Shown here one piece after another: positions 43,696 to 55,586 of a stretch of DNA of 64,000 bases. How positions within the stretch are numbered: position 1 is the stretch's first letter; every line of letters starts with the position of its first letter. The notes under the pieces were generated by a model. That model saw only the letters and a program-made list of their open reading frames with translations. It had not been told where the DNA came from and did no database searches. Source of the stretch: an uncultured Nitrososphaerales archaeon. GTDB taxonomy: Archaea; Thermoproteota; Nitrososphaeria; Nitrososphaerales; Nitrososphaeraceae. A program made the translations under genes and the position numbers. The stretch lies in the NCBI GenBank assembly GCA_963713605.1, contig CAVQMO010000010.1, forward strand, positions 320,001 to 384,000, written 5' to 3'.

Positions 43696-44046
43696 TTAAC
43701 CATGAATTAACTTTAGAATATCATAAATCATATTTAGATCAGCATCTACCTCTGTACTTACGAGAAGAAGATGTTCGTTATCAACAGGTATTGTGAACCG
43801 CCTAACCTTTTCGTATTCAGCCATTGCAAACTTTCCTTTTCCAATCTTACTTTCCATTGTATCGCGTAATTTCCATCTATTCCACGCCTGTAGAACCGAT
43901 TCCTTTGTTTGCTCTGAAGAAAGCAGACTCATTGTACCTTCTCGTACGCCCCCATATTTAATTTCGCCATTCCTATTACAAATAGCAGCGAAACGAATCC
44001 TTTTGTCCAGGTCAAAAGTATTCTTACACAGCCTCTCGTAATCCAT
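43696..44046 (-). CDS. Roadblock/LC7-like (DUF6659-like) protein
   Basis: LDKRIRFAAICNRNG...G.REG...KIGKGKFAMAEYEKVRRFTIP...LLVSTE. Confidence 0.75.
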   Translation of the reverse strand: MDYERLCKNTFDLDKRIRFAAICNRNGEIKYGGVREGTMSLLSSEQTKESVLQAWNRWKLRDTMESKIGKGKFAMAEYEKVRRFTIPVDNEHLLLVSTEVDADLNMIYDILKLIHG

Positions 44047-44167
44047 GACAGTTAGAATACGTTGACCATCTATAAAAGTTAATTATTGTTAGACTATGAA
44101 AGATGCTAGAATAATAACCATAAAGGTGGCCTTTTACCTTAAGGCGCTGCACACTTTTTAGTACGAA

Positions 44168-44227
44168 GTAGTGAAGAAGTCAATGTGGAACATTCTTGTA
44201 GTGAAGAATCCAATGTGGAACATCCTT
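44168..44227. repeat. Tandem duplication, 2 x 30 bp
   Basis: GTAGTGAAGAAGTCAATGTGGAACATTCTT / GTAGTGAAGAATCCAATGTGGAACATCCTT, 27 of 30 identical. Confidence 0.8.
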
Positions 44228-44306
44228 GTTCAATTTTCTGCTATTGCCATTATTTATTTTTCTTTCCCTTTTCAGGTTCTCAGTTATTATTTGTTTGTAA
44301 TTGTAC

Positions 44307-45931
44307 TTAAATTGGCAGAGTAAATGAGAACGTTTCTCCCTTCCCATCTGAATTATTCTTTGCCCATATCTTACCCTCATGGGCTTCGATTATGCTTTTT
44401 GAAATAAACAATCCCAATCCTGTACCTTCAAAAGACTTTGTTGCAAATTTGGTAAATAGCCTCGGAAATATTTCAGAATTTATTCCAATGCCGGTATCTC
44501 TCACGCTAACCCAAACTTGACCATTTTGTTTTTCCGTATTAACGCAGATAGTTCCTTCTTCTGTAGATTTGATAGCATTAAGTACGAAATTAGAAATAAC
44601 CTGGCTTATTCTTAATTTATCTGCTTTTACAAGGATAATATCTCTATTGAACTGATACAGTATTTCTACACCTCTGCTAGCTTTAACGATATTTCTAGCA
44701 TCTTGTATGCAATCACATATTATACGATTCAGATCGAATTCCTCAATCTTTAGCTTCAATGCTTGGCTTTCAATTTTTGAAACATCAAGTATATTATCTG
44801 TTAATTGTTGAAGTCTTTTTGCATTCCTAATTATAACGCTCAGAAGTTCTTGCTGCCTGAGCATCCTTTATCTGGATCCTGAGTACCTCAGCTAGTCCAA
44901 GTATTGGTTGGACGGGTGTTCGCAACTCGTGAGTCTGCTACGTCTATGAATTCTTTTTGCATCTTATCTGCTTTCTTTAGTCTATCGTATTCTAACAGTT
45001 TTTCATACTGTATCCGTTCATTCCAAAATAGTTCAAAAAACAACCTAGAAGAATCTACGCCTACTTTACTATTTGAATAAATAATAAAGCTGATGGCTTC
45101 TGAAAACTCTTCTGCTTTTGGTTCTTTAAGCTCAAATCGCATGAACTTTGCCCTATCGACTATGAACAGTCCGGAGTGGGAACCGACACTGTCAAGAATT
45201 TCAATATTTGGTGCCTTTTCAAATATTCTTTTTACAATCTCTGAATTCTCTTCTGTGAGAGGACATATGATTTTTATTGATGCTCTCTTTTTAGTTGATG
45301 CTTCTAGAAGATAATCGATAATTCCTAATTTATCCGCTCTAATCATAGTTTTACTGTTGACAAAAAGCAATAAGGCTTCATTCTTTACTGATCTTGCAAG
45401 GTCAATATATAGATCCTTAGCTTTTTCGTTATCCGTAATAACTTTATAAAATTCCGCATCTATGCCCTTTCCGATTTCAACTATTTTATCTTCTGCATCA
45501 AATGATTTACTCCAGAGATTATCAAAAATGGATTGCTGTATTTGGACAATTTCTTTTACATTGCCATAGATAGCTCGCTGATCAGGTTCCTTCAATGTGA
45601 TAGAACCTAAATATTCTTTTTCGCTTATTACAAAGTTATCTTCAATTTCATCTGTGTGGCGTACCTCTTTAGCGATTCTCATGAGCTCCTTACAATATGG
45701 AATATTTTCGCTTTTAACTTCGATAATGTATCTTTGCCTTCTATCATTATTTTTGCCTGCAGTCATTATTGCTTTCTTTATTGATTCATAGTAAAGGATT
45801 GCCGATAGAAAATTAGAATTACCACAGACGTCCACTCTCACTTTGGCATCAGAAAGAACATCCAATATCGCATTTACTACGTTAGCACGATGCAATATTT
45901 TGTTCCTTTTTTGGGTAGCAAATAGTGGCAC
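44307..45931 (-). CDS. Cytoplasmic sensor histidine kinase, frameshifted around the H-box
   Basis: MQKEFIDVA..; QVISNFVLNAIK, VRDTGIGI, GTGLGLFISK; paralog of 46447..48144. Confidence 0.85.
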
Positions 45932-46446
45932 TTATTTATAATAATTATATACTTACTTATAAATTCCCCGCTTTTATTACTATAAATAGGGTAAAAACAG
46001 AATAAATGACATTATTATGAGCATATCTTCACAATTTTTATCCATTAGCTATAACCAATTCCATTCTTTGTTGCGGTGTCGTTCACTAGTTGATCTTGTC
46101 TTAATTGGGTGTGTTTACTAGCTATGGAATAAACAGGATAAGCTCGTTTTAAATCACCAACCAAATGCTCGCCTGCTAACTTACATAGATAATCTTCAAG
46201 AAAAGAAGGAAAAGATTTGCTGATCTGATACAGATTGCCACCTACTACCATGGTATTTGGAGTAGCTTTACGATTTATCTCTGAGCATATATTCATAGTT
46301 GACCCGAACAAGTTACATCTATTAGATCTATGAAATCATAAAATAAAAAGGCTATTTCTTGCTCATTATGACATATTTGCATTGTAATTGGAGCAACGGA
46401 TAGCTAAATCACCTTATATAGCCAATTATACATAGTACTTCGAAGG

Positions 46447-48144
46447 TTGACACTTTCGAGTTCCCATCAGAGTGGTAGAAAAATGATTAGGGAGGGTACT
46501 GAGGTTTTCTATGGAGTTGATACTGTTATGAATACGGTATTACAATTCTTGTACCAAACTAATGGTAAAATTGATGCCTGCGTAGACTATACTCGCCCTT
46601 CATTGGCAATTGACATTGTGATATTGAAGAAAGCTTTTCTTGATGCAAAAAAAAGGGGCGTTAAACTAAGATATGCTACTGAAATTATCAAAGATAACAT
46701 CTCTTATTGCAAGGAGATGATGACGATGGTTGACGAGCTTCGACATTTAGACGGAATTAAGGGAAACTTTTACATTAGTGAAACAGGATATCTCGCTCCT
46801 GCTACTTTTCATGAAGCAGGAAAACCGGCAGCGCAAATCATCTATAGCAATGTCAAAGAAATCATCGAGCATCAAAAGTACGTCTTTGAAACCTTATGGA
46901 GTAAAACTATCCCTGCAGAGCAGCGAATACGAGAAATTGAAGAAGGAACCGAAGCAGAATTTTATGAGGTAATCACTGACAACGAAAAAGCAAGTCAGAT
47001 CCTTGTTGATATGACAAAGTCTGTACAGAAAGAAGCCCTAATCTTCCTTCCTAATGATAAAGCTATGGTGAGGATTGATAGATTAGGTATAATTGATTAT
47101 CTTGTAAAGGCGTCACAGAATGGAGCGAATGTAAAGATTATCTGTACATTGTCTGAGGAGAACGCAGAGATTCAGAAAAAAATATCAGACAACGCACCAG
47201 ATATCAGAATACTCGATGGCAACAACTCTCCATATGGCATGTACATAATAGACCGTAAAAAGTTTCTTAGAGCGGAGCTGAAAAGACCTCGAGCTGAAAA
47301 ATTCTCAGACGCAATTGGTCTAGTAGTATACTCTAATAGAAGAATCACTGTAGAATCCTTCGAGTCAGTCTTCGAATTACTTTGGAATGAGCGTATGTTG
47401 GTTGAAGAACTAAAGAAAGCAGATAGGATGCAAAAAGAGTTTATAAGTATAGCAGCTCATGAACTAAAAACGCCCATACAAGCTATTCTTGGTATGAGTG
47501 CCCTATTGAAATATTATCCAGAAAGAACAGAGCAGGTGGTAGAAGTGATATGCAGGAACGCTGTCAGATTGCAAAGGCTTTCTACTAATATATTAGTTGC
47601 AACAAGAATTGAGAGTCAGACGTTAAAACTAGAGAAGGAACGATTCAACATCTGTGATTTGATACCCACTATTATAGAGGACTACAAAGAGAGGATTAAA
47701 GACAACACTAATGATGAAGTTGAATTAATCTATAATGATAATCTAAACAATAACCCCATTGTTGTAGAAGCAGACAAGGAAAGGATAATCCAAGTTATTT
47801 CTAATCTCTTAAGTAACTCTATTCAATTTACAAATAAAGGTTATATATCTCTTAAAATAGTTGTTGATAACGACAGTAAGGAAGTTACTGTTACTGTAAA
47901 AGATACTGGTATAGGAATCAACCCTGAAATCTTACCAAGGCTATTTTCAAAGTTTGTTACGAGATCGCAACAGGGAACAGGCTTAGGACTTTTTATTTCC
48001 AAGAATATAATCGAAGCTCACGGAGGCAGAATCTGGGCTGAAAATAATAGCTTAGATGGAAAAGGAACAATTTTTGGTTTCACGCTACCTTTAGAAACAA
48101 AGAATGGAGTTAAGGAAGAAAAAGGGAGAGCGGGTTCTAGCTAA
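46447..48144 (+). CDS. Cytoplasmic sensor histidine kinase
   Basis: AAHELKTP H-box, NLLSNSIQF, DTGIGI, GTGLGL; no TM segments. Confidence 0.93.
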   Translation: MTLSSSHQSGRKMIREGTEVFYGVDTVMNTVLQFLYQTNGKIDACVDYTRPSLAIDIVILKKAFLDAKKRGVKLRYATEIIKDNISYCKEMMTMVDELRHLDGIKGNFYISETGYLAPATFHEAGKPAAQIIYSNVKEIIEHQKYVFETLWSKTIPAEQRIREIEEGTEAEFYEVITDNEKASQILVDMTKSVQKEALIFLPNDKAMVRIDRLGIIDYLVKASQNGANVKIICTLSEENAEIQKKISDNAPDIRILDGNNSPYGMYIIDRKKFLRAELKRPRAEKFSDAIGLVVYSNRRITVESFESVFELLWNERMLVEELKKADRMQKEFISIAAHELKTPIQAILGMSALLKYYPERTEQVVEVICRNAVRLQRLSTNILVATRIESQTLKLEKERFNICDLIPTIIEDYKERIKDNTNDEVELIYNDNLNNNPIVVEADKERIIQVISNLLSNSIQFTNKGYISLKIVVDNDSKEVTVTVKDTGIGINPEILPRLFSKFVTRSQQGTGLGLFISKNIIEAHGGRIWAENNSLDGKGTIFGFTLPLETKNGVKEEKGRAGSS

Positions 48145-48554
48145 TGGATGAAAAAATAAAAGGAAAAAGAATCATGGTCGTAGATGACGAATCTGACCTT
48201 ACTTTGTTTTACAGGATGTCTTTAGAATACCATGGATTCGAAGTTGAAACATTTAATGACCCCAGAAAAGCACTGTCAAATTTCAAACCAGATTATTACG
48301 ACTTAATTATTCTTGATATCAAAATGCCAGATATTGACGGCTTTGAATTATACGAGAAAATACTAAAGATAGATAGTAAGGCTAAAGTTTGTTTTCTTAC
48401 AGCAAGTGAATTGTATTACAAGGAGTTTAGAGCGAAAAAATATAGTGCATTATATAAAGACCTATTTATTCGAAAGCCGATTGGGAACGAAGAGATGATA
48501 AAGGAGATAGATCGCTTAATTGAAAATAAGGAAGACATAAGAACAAAATCTTAA
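48144..48554 (+). CDS. Stand-alone response regulator receiver
   Basis: MVVDDE, LDIKMPDIDG, FLTA, RKP; overlaps the kinase stop codon. Confidence 0.93.
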   Translation: MDEKIKGKRIMVVDDESDLTLFYRMSLEYHGFEVETFNDPRKALSNFKPDYYDLIILDIKMPDIDGFELYEKILKIDSKAKVCFLTASELYYKEFRAKKYSALYKDLFIRKPIGNEEMIKEIDRLIENKEDIRTKS

Positions 48555-48979
48555 TCTATGAATTAGATCCAGCCATCCTATTCAATATTTTAGGCCCCAG
48601 ATATTTATTAAATAGACTATTTGCCAATAGCTGATTTCCCAGAGTCAAAGCTAAACCAAGCATAATTATACAATCTAGATCGTTATGATCCGCCGTGTCG
48701 TTATGTTCCTTGTGAGTAACAGTCTCAATTCCTAGAACATAGGATAGTACTTTAGGGGTTTGTTTTTTGCTCATGGAACTAGAACAAGGATAGATTGAGA
48801 TTGCGGTAAATATAGAGAGAATAACTTTCAGGAACAGTGGAAATAAAAGTATAGGAAGTTAATGTCTATGACAAATATTACTAATTTGCGCAACCAAGAG
48901 CACCATTACAGTTATTCTTTTGTCTCTGTTTGAATGTAAAATCCATAAACTATAATGCATCATCCACAATAACCAATTC

Positions 48980-50698
48980 TTAAAAGTGCCAGTCTAGCTC
49001 TTTTCTTATTTGTTTCACTAATTTATCTATTTCAATGGGTTTTTCAATAACAGGACCTGGACTCGTTTCTCCTTTTGATGTTGATAAAACTTCTTTTAAT
49101 ACTTTATGATATGTTTCATATGCGGTAATAAACCATACTTTGACCTTATTGTCTATTTCACTTATCTTTTCATATAGTTCAAATCCGTCAATCTTGGGCA
49201 TTTTAATATCAATTAGCAATAAATCATAGTAATCCGACTTGAATTTTGATAATGCTTTTGCTGAATCATTATACGCATCAACTTCAAATCCTGCAAGCTC
49301 CAATCCCATCTTGAAAGTAATTGTATGATCATAGTCATCGTCCACTAAAAATATTCGCTTCATTCTCGTTTTATGAGTGTTATAATAACTACTACTATCA
49401 TGATAGCTTTCCTTTCTTCTTTCTTCAATGCGATTGTTCATAGTGGAGACAATATCGGTAACCATACTTTCTTTGTGATCTTGTTGAATAACCAGTGGTA
49501 GGGTAAATGAGAATGTGGCACCTATTCCATCTGAATTATTCTCAGCCCACATTTTGCCTCCATGGTCCTCAATGATTCTTTTGGATATATACAGACCTAA
49601 TCCTGTCCCTACAATAGATTTTGTGGCAAATCTTGTAAATAGTCTTGGCATTATTTCAGGGTCGATACCTTGGCCAGTGTCGGTCACACTGACGATAATT
49701 TGATGATTGGTGTCATCTGTTATAATATTAACAGATATCTCTCCTTTCCGAGTGAATTTAATAGCATTGCTTAAAAGATTCGAAACGACCTGAGTTAGTC
49801 TCTCTGCATCTGCCTTTACAATAATGTTGTCATTATTACTTGAGTATGCTAACTTTATTTTTCTTTGTTTATTATTTTCTTTTTCCTTTTTGTGATCTAC
49901 AAGGACATTCGTTATTATATCATTTAACCTAAGGTATTGTTTGTTAACTATTAACGACTGACTCTCAATTTTTGTGGCATCAAGTATGTTTTCTGTAAGC
50001 TTTCGTAGTCTTTTTGCATTCCTGACGATAACGATTAGTAACTCTTTATCTTGTTCGATGTTTCTTTTCTTAGAAAGAAGAATTTCTGATAATCCAAGTA
50101 TTGGTTGTATAGGAGCTCTCAGTTCATGAGCTGCAATTCTGATAAACTCATCTTGTATCTTGTCGTGCTCTTGGAGTCGTTCATATAATTCGTTTAGCTT
50201 TTGATACAGTTCTGATTGTTTCGATAGACTTTCAAATATTGAAACATAAGATAATACTATTGATTTACTATCAGAATAAGTTGCTAGACCTATTGCTTCT
50301 TCAAAAGTAGCTTTAGTATCATCTATTAATTCAATTACAAATGAAACTTTTCTATCTACTATTAAAATAGTTTCTTGTAAGCCGGAAGATCGTTGTTCCG
50401 CAATATATCTTGTATAGATATTGTTACTAGGATCATGTTGATAATTTTCTTTTAAAGGAAATGGTTCTTGTACTAATTCCTGACTATTTTCTAAATTTTC
50501 TATAGGCACTAACACTCTGACTCTGATTTCTTTTTCTCTTGCAACTTGCTTTATTAAACCAATTATTCCTACTCTCTCTTGACGTTCAAACGCCTTATTA
50601 GTAGGAAAAATCAGCATTATTTCCTCTTTAGAAGATTTTAAAAGATCGAAATAAAGATCCTTTATCTTAATTGCCTGGGAGATTTCCTTGATACCCAT
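48980..50698 (-). CDS. Hybrid histidine kinase-receiver, N-terminus apparently truncated
   Basis: AAHELRAP, NLLSNAIKF, DTGQGI, GTGLGL, then LVDDD..IDIKMP..EKP; only one sensor repeat versus two in its paralogs. Confidence 0.88.
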   Translation of the reverse strand: MGIKEISQAIKIKDLYFDLLKSSKEEIMLIFPTNKAFERQERVGIIGLIKQVAREKEIRVRVLVPIENLENSQELVQEPFPLKENYQHDPSNNIYTRYIAEQRSSGLQETILIVDRKVSFVIELIDDTKATFEEAIGLATYSDSKSIVLSYVSIFESLSKQSELYQKLNELYERLQEHDKIQDEFIRIAAHELRAPIQPILGLSEILLSKKRNIEQDKELLIVIVRNAKRLRKLTENILDATKIESQSLIVNKQYLRLNDIITNVLVDHKKEKENNKQRKIKLAYSSNNDNIIVKADAERLTQVVSNLLSNAIKFTRKGEISVNIITDDTNHQIIVSVTDTGQGIDPEIMPRLFTRFATKSIVGTGLGLYISKRIIEDHGGKMWAENNSDGIGATFSFTLPLVIQQDHKESMVTDIVSTMNNRIEERRKESYHDSSSYYNTHKTRMKRIFLVDDDYDHTITFKMGLELAGFEVDAYNDSAKALSKFKSDYYDLLLIDIKMPKIDGFELYEKISEIDNKVKVWFITAYETYHKVLKEVLSTSKGETSPGPVIEKPIEIDKLVKQIRKELDWHF

Positions 50699-50759
50699 AT
50701 TTAGGAATTAATTCAATATCGTGCCCACAGCACCATCCTATATAAGACTTATTAAGTAG

Positions 50760-50957
50760 AGACGTTACTTATTTGCCCCCAAACCAACTATAGGTACTGA
50801 AAGTTATGTGAATTCGGGATGGATATGGCCTCAAGGACAAGTACCTCCAGGAGCTCCCCCCACAACGACGTTTACTGTGACTTTCGAAAAGGCTGGAATA
50901 TGTGATTATGTGTGTACAGCACATCCATGGATGACTGGAAGAGTAACGCTAAAGTAG
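50760..50957 (+). pseudogene. C-terminal fragment of a plastocyanin-like blue copper protein (not in ORF track)
   Basis: YVNSGWIWPQGQVPPGAPPTTTFTVTFEKAGICDYVCTAHPWMTGRV; C-x2-H-P-W-M; in-frame stop upstream at 50757. Confidence 0.75.
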
Positions 50958-51257
50958 TAACTGAATAGATAACGACAAACCCTTTTATTTAGTAGATCCA
51001 AATTTGTATGTATAATAACTGGCCGATTATAGATGTTTAACCTGATCCAAAGTTGTGTATTACATAAGCATAGTGTACATGGTATTAAGTTCAATTGATA
51101 CTTTTTGAATTAATAATCAATCCTGCGTGATAGATTTGAATAAAATTGATAATTATTCTTGAATATCAACAATCATTTGTTACTTATACGTCGGCCTGTT
51201 GAGCAATCTTTATAGAATATATCGTTAAGAGATCTTGTAGAGAAGAGGCAAGATCTT

Positions 51258-51482
51258 GTGATAATGGATATTCGTATGCCTCAGCTGAACGGTTTACAAT
51301 TATACCAAAGGCTTAAGGCCATAAATTCATCCGTCAGAATCCTCTTTGTCACCGCTCTGGATGCAGCAGTAGAGCTCATCTCAGTGTTGCCAGACATAGA
51401 GGTAAACCGGGTGATTATGAAACCTGTGAGTAGAGATAGGTTTCTCAAATACGTTAAGCTCGCCGTCCGTGAGAAAGACTAA
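51258..51482 (+). pseudogene. Response regulator receiver, N-terminal part missing
   Basis: DIRMPQLNGLQLY..ILFVTA..MKP present; the DD acidic pocket strand is absent. Confidence 0.65.
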
Positions 51483-51596
51483 GGCAGCTAGTAGATATTA
51501 AAATGCCACATATTGGGCCAAAAGATTGTGTTGATAACAATTCACAAACCTCTGGGCCCATGCCAATCCCTTCCTATAGGACGAACCAAAAATAGA

Positions 51597-51720
51597 CGTG
51601 AAAGTGATTAGATGTAGTGGTGATATTGTATATCGTGTAGATTTAGAACTAGTTACAGATAGTATTAACAAGCCCAAACAACTGTTTTGACTAGGAAGTA
51701 CTAGCCATAAATAATGCAGA
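51597..51720 (+). repeat. 124-bp direct repeat, left copy
   Basis: 119 of 124 identical to 57718..57841 by manual alignment. Confidence 0.92.
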
Positions 51721-52235
51721 TACATTCATCTGTTCGCAATTTCTTAGATATTGATTATACATATCAAGCCATGATGAATACACCCATGAACAACACCTAC
51801 AAAGACAGTCCTATCGACTTACATAAACTTATACTTCGATAAATTAAGTACATTGAGGAATGAACCTTAAATAGAAGCAAATATGGTTGTGTAATATGCG
51901 AAGGAACACTGGCGGCTCGACCTGGCTCATAATTATTGGGGTCGTGGGTTTGGTAGTAGCTTCACAGTAGGAATCTTGATTTGGCGTGGGATCTTGAGAT
52001 GGTAAGTTAACGATAAGTTAATGGATTACTTCACATTTACTATGGTGATGCAAACATACCAAATACGCTCATTCTTACAATCGATAGAATGTGGAATTTA
52101 TCAGCTCGTTTCCTAACTCCACTCTCGAACGCGATTTCCCTCTACCACGCGTTAAGCTGAAAGTTTAAAGAAAATATTGATTAACAGTTCTCCAAGTCAG
52201 AAAGTTCTAAAGTTTGCTTTCCTTATGATATGTAT

Positions 52236-52733
52236 TCATGCAAGGAGGTTAGATGCAACATTTTGTCTTTTACAATATTTGAGAATTTCCTTAATCTTTT
52301 GATTTTCTATCAAATTATCTATAATCTTGCTATATTCTTCTACTTGCAACTCCTTAAAAGAAGGATAAAATTGTAACTCGTCTATTGCCTTTAGTCTCCA
52401 ATAATAATATAATCCAATCGCAATTGTAGATTCGGCTTCATAAACTACTTTACCTAGTGAAGTTAAAAAGTACCTGCCTTTTTCTCTTTTTATCAAACCA
52501 GCATTCATCATACGGGATATTCTGTAGTAGTATTGTTTTGCTGTAAGATTAAATCTTTTTTTAAACATATCACTATTACTGGCATTATTTGTTGTTGCAA
52601 TTGTTTTAAAGATAATTAAAGATAGCTCATCGGAAATTGCATACATTATATCAGTTTCAGCTATACCTGTCATTTTGTTTTCAGTCAGTAATAAAAGAAA
52701 AAAATGATATATATCGCTACGCTTCCTGGTCAT
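52236..52733 (-). CDS. Winged-helix transcriptional regulator
   Basis: AISDELSLIIF...LTAKQYYYRISRMMNAGLIKREKGRYFLTSLG. Confidence 0.8.
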   Translation of the reverse strand: MTRKRSDIYHFFLLLLTENKMTGIAETDIMYAISDELSLIIFKTIATTNNASNSDMFKKRFNLTAKQYYYRISRMMNAGLIKREKGRYFLTSLGKVVYEAESTIAIGLYYYWRLKAIDELQFYPSFKELQVEEYSKIIDNLIENQKIKEILKYCKRQNVASNLLA

Positions 52734-53156
52734 GGAAACAAATACATGAAAGTAACCACAAATTAATATAAATTGATGTTTGTCGTCACTTTTTTACCTA
52801 AAAATGAGATCATAAGAAAAACTTACTTTTCATAGAAGATCGTATGGACTGATTTCGATTGAAAGAATATTCTATTTAAAATTACTACAATCTAAAGTAG
52901 TTATAAATAATAATGTTCCTTAAACGTTCAGAAAGATGAATATTTATAAGAAATGCAACTGGTAGGCCATAATGAAAAACTGTTATATTGCATTTTTAAG
53001 TAACAAATAGCTCCGAATAATTATTGTTGTTTACGGCCAATAAAATAAATTTCTGTAGCTAATGGTGTATGTACTGTTTATTAATGGGAAGTATTATATT
53101 AAATTCATGCAATATACTCACTTTCATCAAAATGTTTCCAAGAACGGTGAAAAAGA

Positions 53157-54216
53157 ATGAGACCTATAGAAGAAGGAAATGAAGAACCGACATATAAAAA
53201 CGGAACAATGAAAGCAAAATCCAAAAGCATGTACAGTAATCTACTTGTAAACAATGCAGGTATGAATAATGTCATAACCCAATACCTGAGAACTTTTGTA
53301 TATTATGTGAAAGCACGATCAAATGTATACATATTTGCCTTTGCTACGCTTATATCACTAATACTGGGATTTCATGGAAATGCAGTAGATTACGGTATTG
53401 CTATCTGTGTAATATGTGCTAGTTATTTTATGGCACTAGCAACATACATCTATAATGATATGACAGATTTTGAAGTAGATAAAATAAATAAAACAAATAG
53501 ACCTTCGGTAACTGGAAAAGCTACAAAAAGACAACTTATTATCATTGTATCTATATTAAACGGGGTTGCATTATTGCTCACGTCTTTTGCGGGCTTAAAT
53601 GCTGTATGTGTTTCAGTATTATTTATTACATTAGGTATTGCATACTCGCATGGAAGTTTAAATCTAAAAGAGAAATTTCCTTTGAAAACAGTGATAACTG
53701 CTGCAGGTGCAGGACTGTTGTCTCTTTTAGGAGGAACTGCTGCCTCTGACTTCAACAAATAGCAATTATGATGATGACAGTAATTCCTTTTCATCTCTGT
53801 TGCCAATAATATATGCTGCATTATTCTTTTTCGCTTTCTTTTTTATTTTAGGACCTCTTGGAGATATTGGGGACTTGAAAGGAGACAGAATGGTTGGTAG
53901 ACGTACATTTCCAATTGTTCTTGGAATAAAGTCAACTATTATGGTAATGCTCTCTATACCTATAACTATAATACTCATGGCAATATTATTACCTTATTAT
54001 GACGATATCAGCATGAATAACGGTAGCAAAAATGGCATTATATTCATAAATCCCTCAGGAATCTTCCTTATTATTGGCACTTGCATAGCTACATTGGCGT
54101 TTATTTTAAGGATAAGCAAAAAAGTTGACGACACCTTGACAATCAAGGCCATGAGACCCAAAATGAGGTTTCTCCATATTTTGCTACAAATTTCATTACT
54201 TGTAACATTCTTATGA
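53157..54216 (+). CDS. UbiA-family prenyltransferase, one extra A near 53758
   Basis: YIYNDMTDFEVDKINKTNRP and GDIGDLKGDRMVGRRTFP Asp-rich motifs; frames rejoin as FNNSNYDDDSNSFSSLLPIIY. Confidence 0.88.
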
Positions 54217-54305
54217 GTTCTTGTTGTCCTAAGAAAAAGAAAAGAAGAATTAATACACGATTTCAACCTATCAATTAAAGATACCTTGAATACTAAAGCG
54301 TTACT

Positions 54306-55283
54306 TTATGTAATCGCCTGCTGTAGCTGTGTACTCAGCTTTTCCTCTGTACTCTGAGTGTATGAAGAAGAAGCATTAACCCATATCTTGTAGTAGAGCT
54401 CCTGCATTATTTTTAAAGTCTTTTCATCCCCTTTGATGAAGATCACACCATAGAAATCATTTGGATCATTCCAGTTGACTATTTCTATAGCTACTTCATT
54501 GTCGTCTAATATAATCATGCTAAATGGAATACTAGCTATCCTTCTACTTACTTTGCCTGGATACCACGGATTGGACACAACATTCATCCGCTCACTAGTG
54601 TTTTTGTCATTATCTCTTAACTTTAAAGTCTTACCTTCTGCTTCAAAATATTGCTTAACCAGATTTGAGTCAGTTAGTACTTTAACATCGATTCCTGAAG
54701 AGTTTGCTTTGCGGAGTATACTGTTGATTATTATTTCATTAAGGTACCTACTTGCAAGCAGGATTTCATTCTTGCAGAATTCGATCCTTTCGACCATTGC
54801 TGATACCATGTCCTGATATGTCCATACAAATTCGATTTTTATTGATGATGCGTTTGAATCTGTTGGGATACTGATTTTATTACCTGTAACCCTCCTAACA
54901 AAATTAGCAATCTCATCTTTAGAGAATTGTTTAGTATGCTTCAAAGTATCAACCATTTTCATCTGTTTTATATTTTTTAACTCTTCTATTAAGCTGAGAA
55001 TATGATTTTGATAAATTATATTTCCGAGTGTTGTGTGTTTATAAACGCCGTCAGATTTTTCAACTAAACCTGCATTTATTAGCTGTTTTAATCTAGTATA
55101 GTATACTTTCTTTGATATCCCAAGCTTTTGTATGGTAGATGATTTGGCCTCAAGACCTTCATTATTATTACTATCACCATCTGCAAGCATAAAAATACTC
55201 AAATTATCTTTCCTTGACAAGATAGAAAGTAACTTTGCCGAGTTTTTGACTAAATCTGGGTTAACTAGTATGTTCTTAACCAT
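54306..55283 (-). CDS. wHTH regulator with C-terminal TrmB/PLD-like sensor domain
   Basis: LGISKKVYYTRLKQLINAGLVEK..GVYKHTTLG; CKNEILLASRY...GIDVKVL...FSMIILD...YKIW. Confidence 0.78.
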   Translation of the reverse strand: MVKNILVNPDLVKNSAKLLSILSRKDNLSIFMLADGDSNNNEGLEAKSSTIQKLGISKKVYYTRLKQLINAGLVEKSDGVYKHTTLGNIIYQNHILSLIEELKNIKQMKMVDTLKHTKQFSKDEIANFVRRVTGNKISIPTDSNASSIKIEFVWTYQDMVSAMVERIEFCKNEILLASRYLNEIIINSILRKANSSGIDVKVLTDSNLVKQYFEAEGKTLKLRDNDKNTSERMNVVSNPWYPGKVSRRIASIPFSMIILDDNEVAIEIVNWNDPNDFYGVIFIKGDEKTLKIMQELYYKIWVNASSSYTQSTEEKLSTQLQQAIT

Positions 55284-55586
55284 TGAATGGAGAATATAGA
55301 TCTTTTTTATATATATTTATTATGTTTATTTATTCAAGGCGTTAAAATAGCCTCTGTTACATCATCGATAAAATTTAGGTTCTAAATATCTAATTTTTAT
55401 CTTCTTTCACTTCTACTAGTAAATAATCATCAATCTAAAGCTCTATTTGTAACATTTATTATGGTTCCTTTAGATTGAAAAATCATTAAAATAATTGGAT
55501 CAGATTCATTCCTCTTCGTTTCAACCGCACAGATGATATTCGTTATAAAAATTTTTTACAGACTCTGGCAAGAAGATGTTGTTATA

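Noticed and set aside
44168..44227. Mini CRISPR array
   Set aside because: Only two adjacent 30-bp units, no spacers and no cas genes
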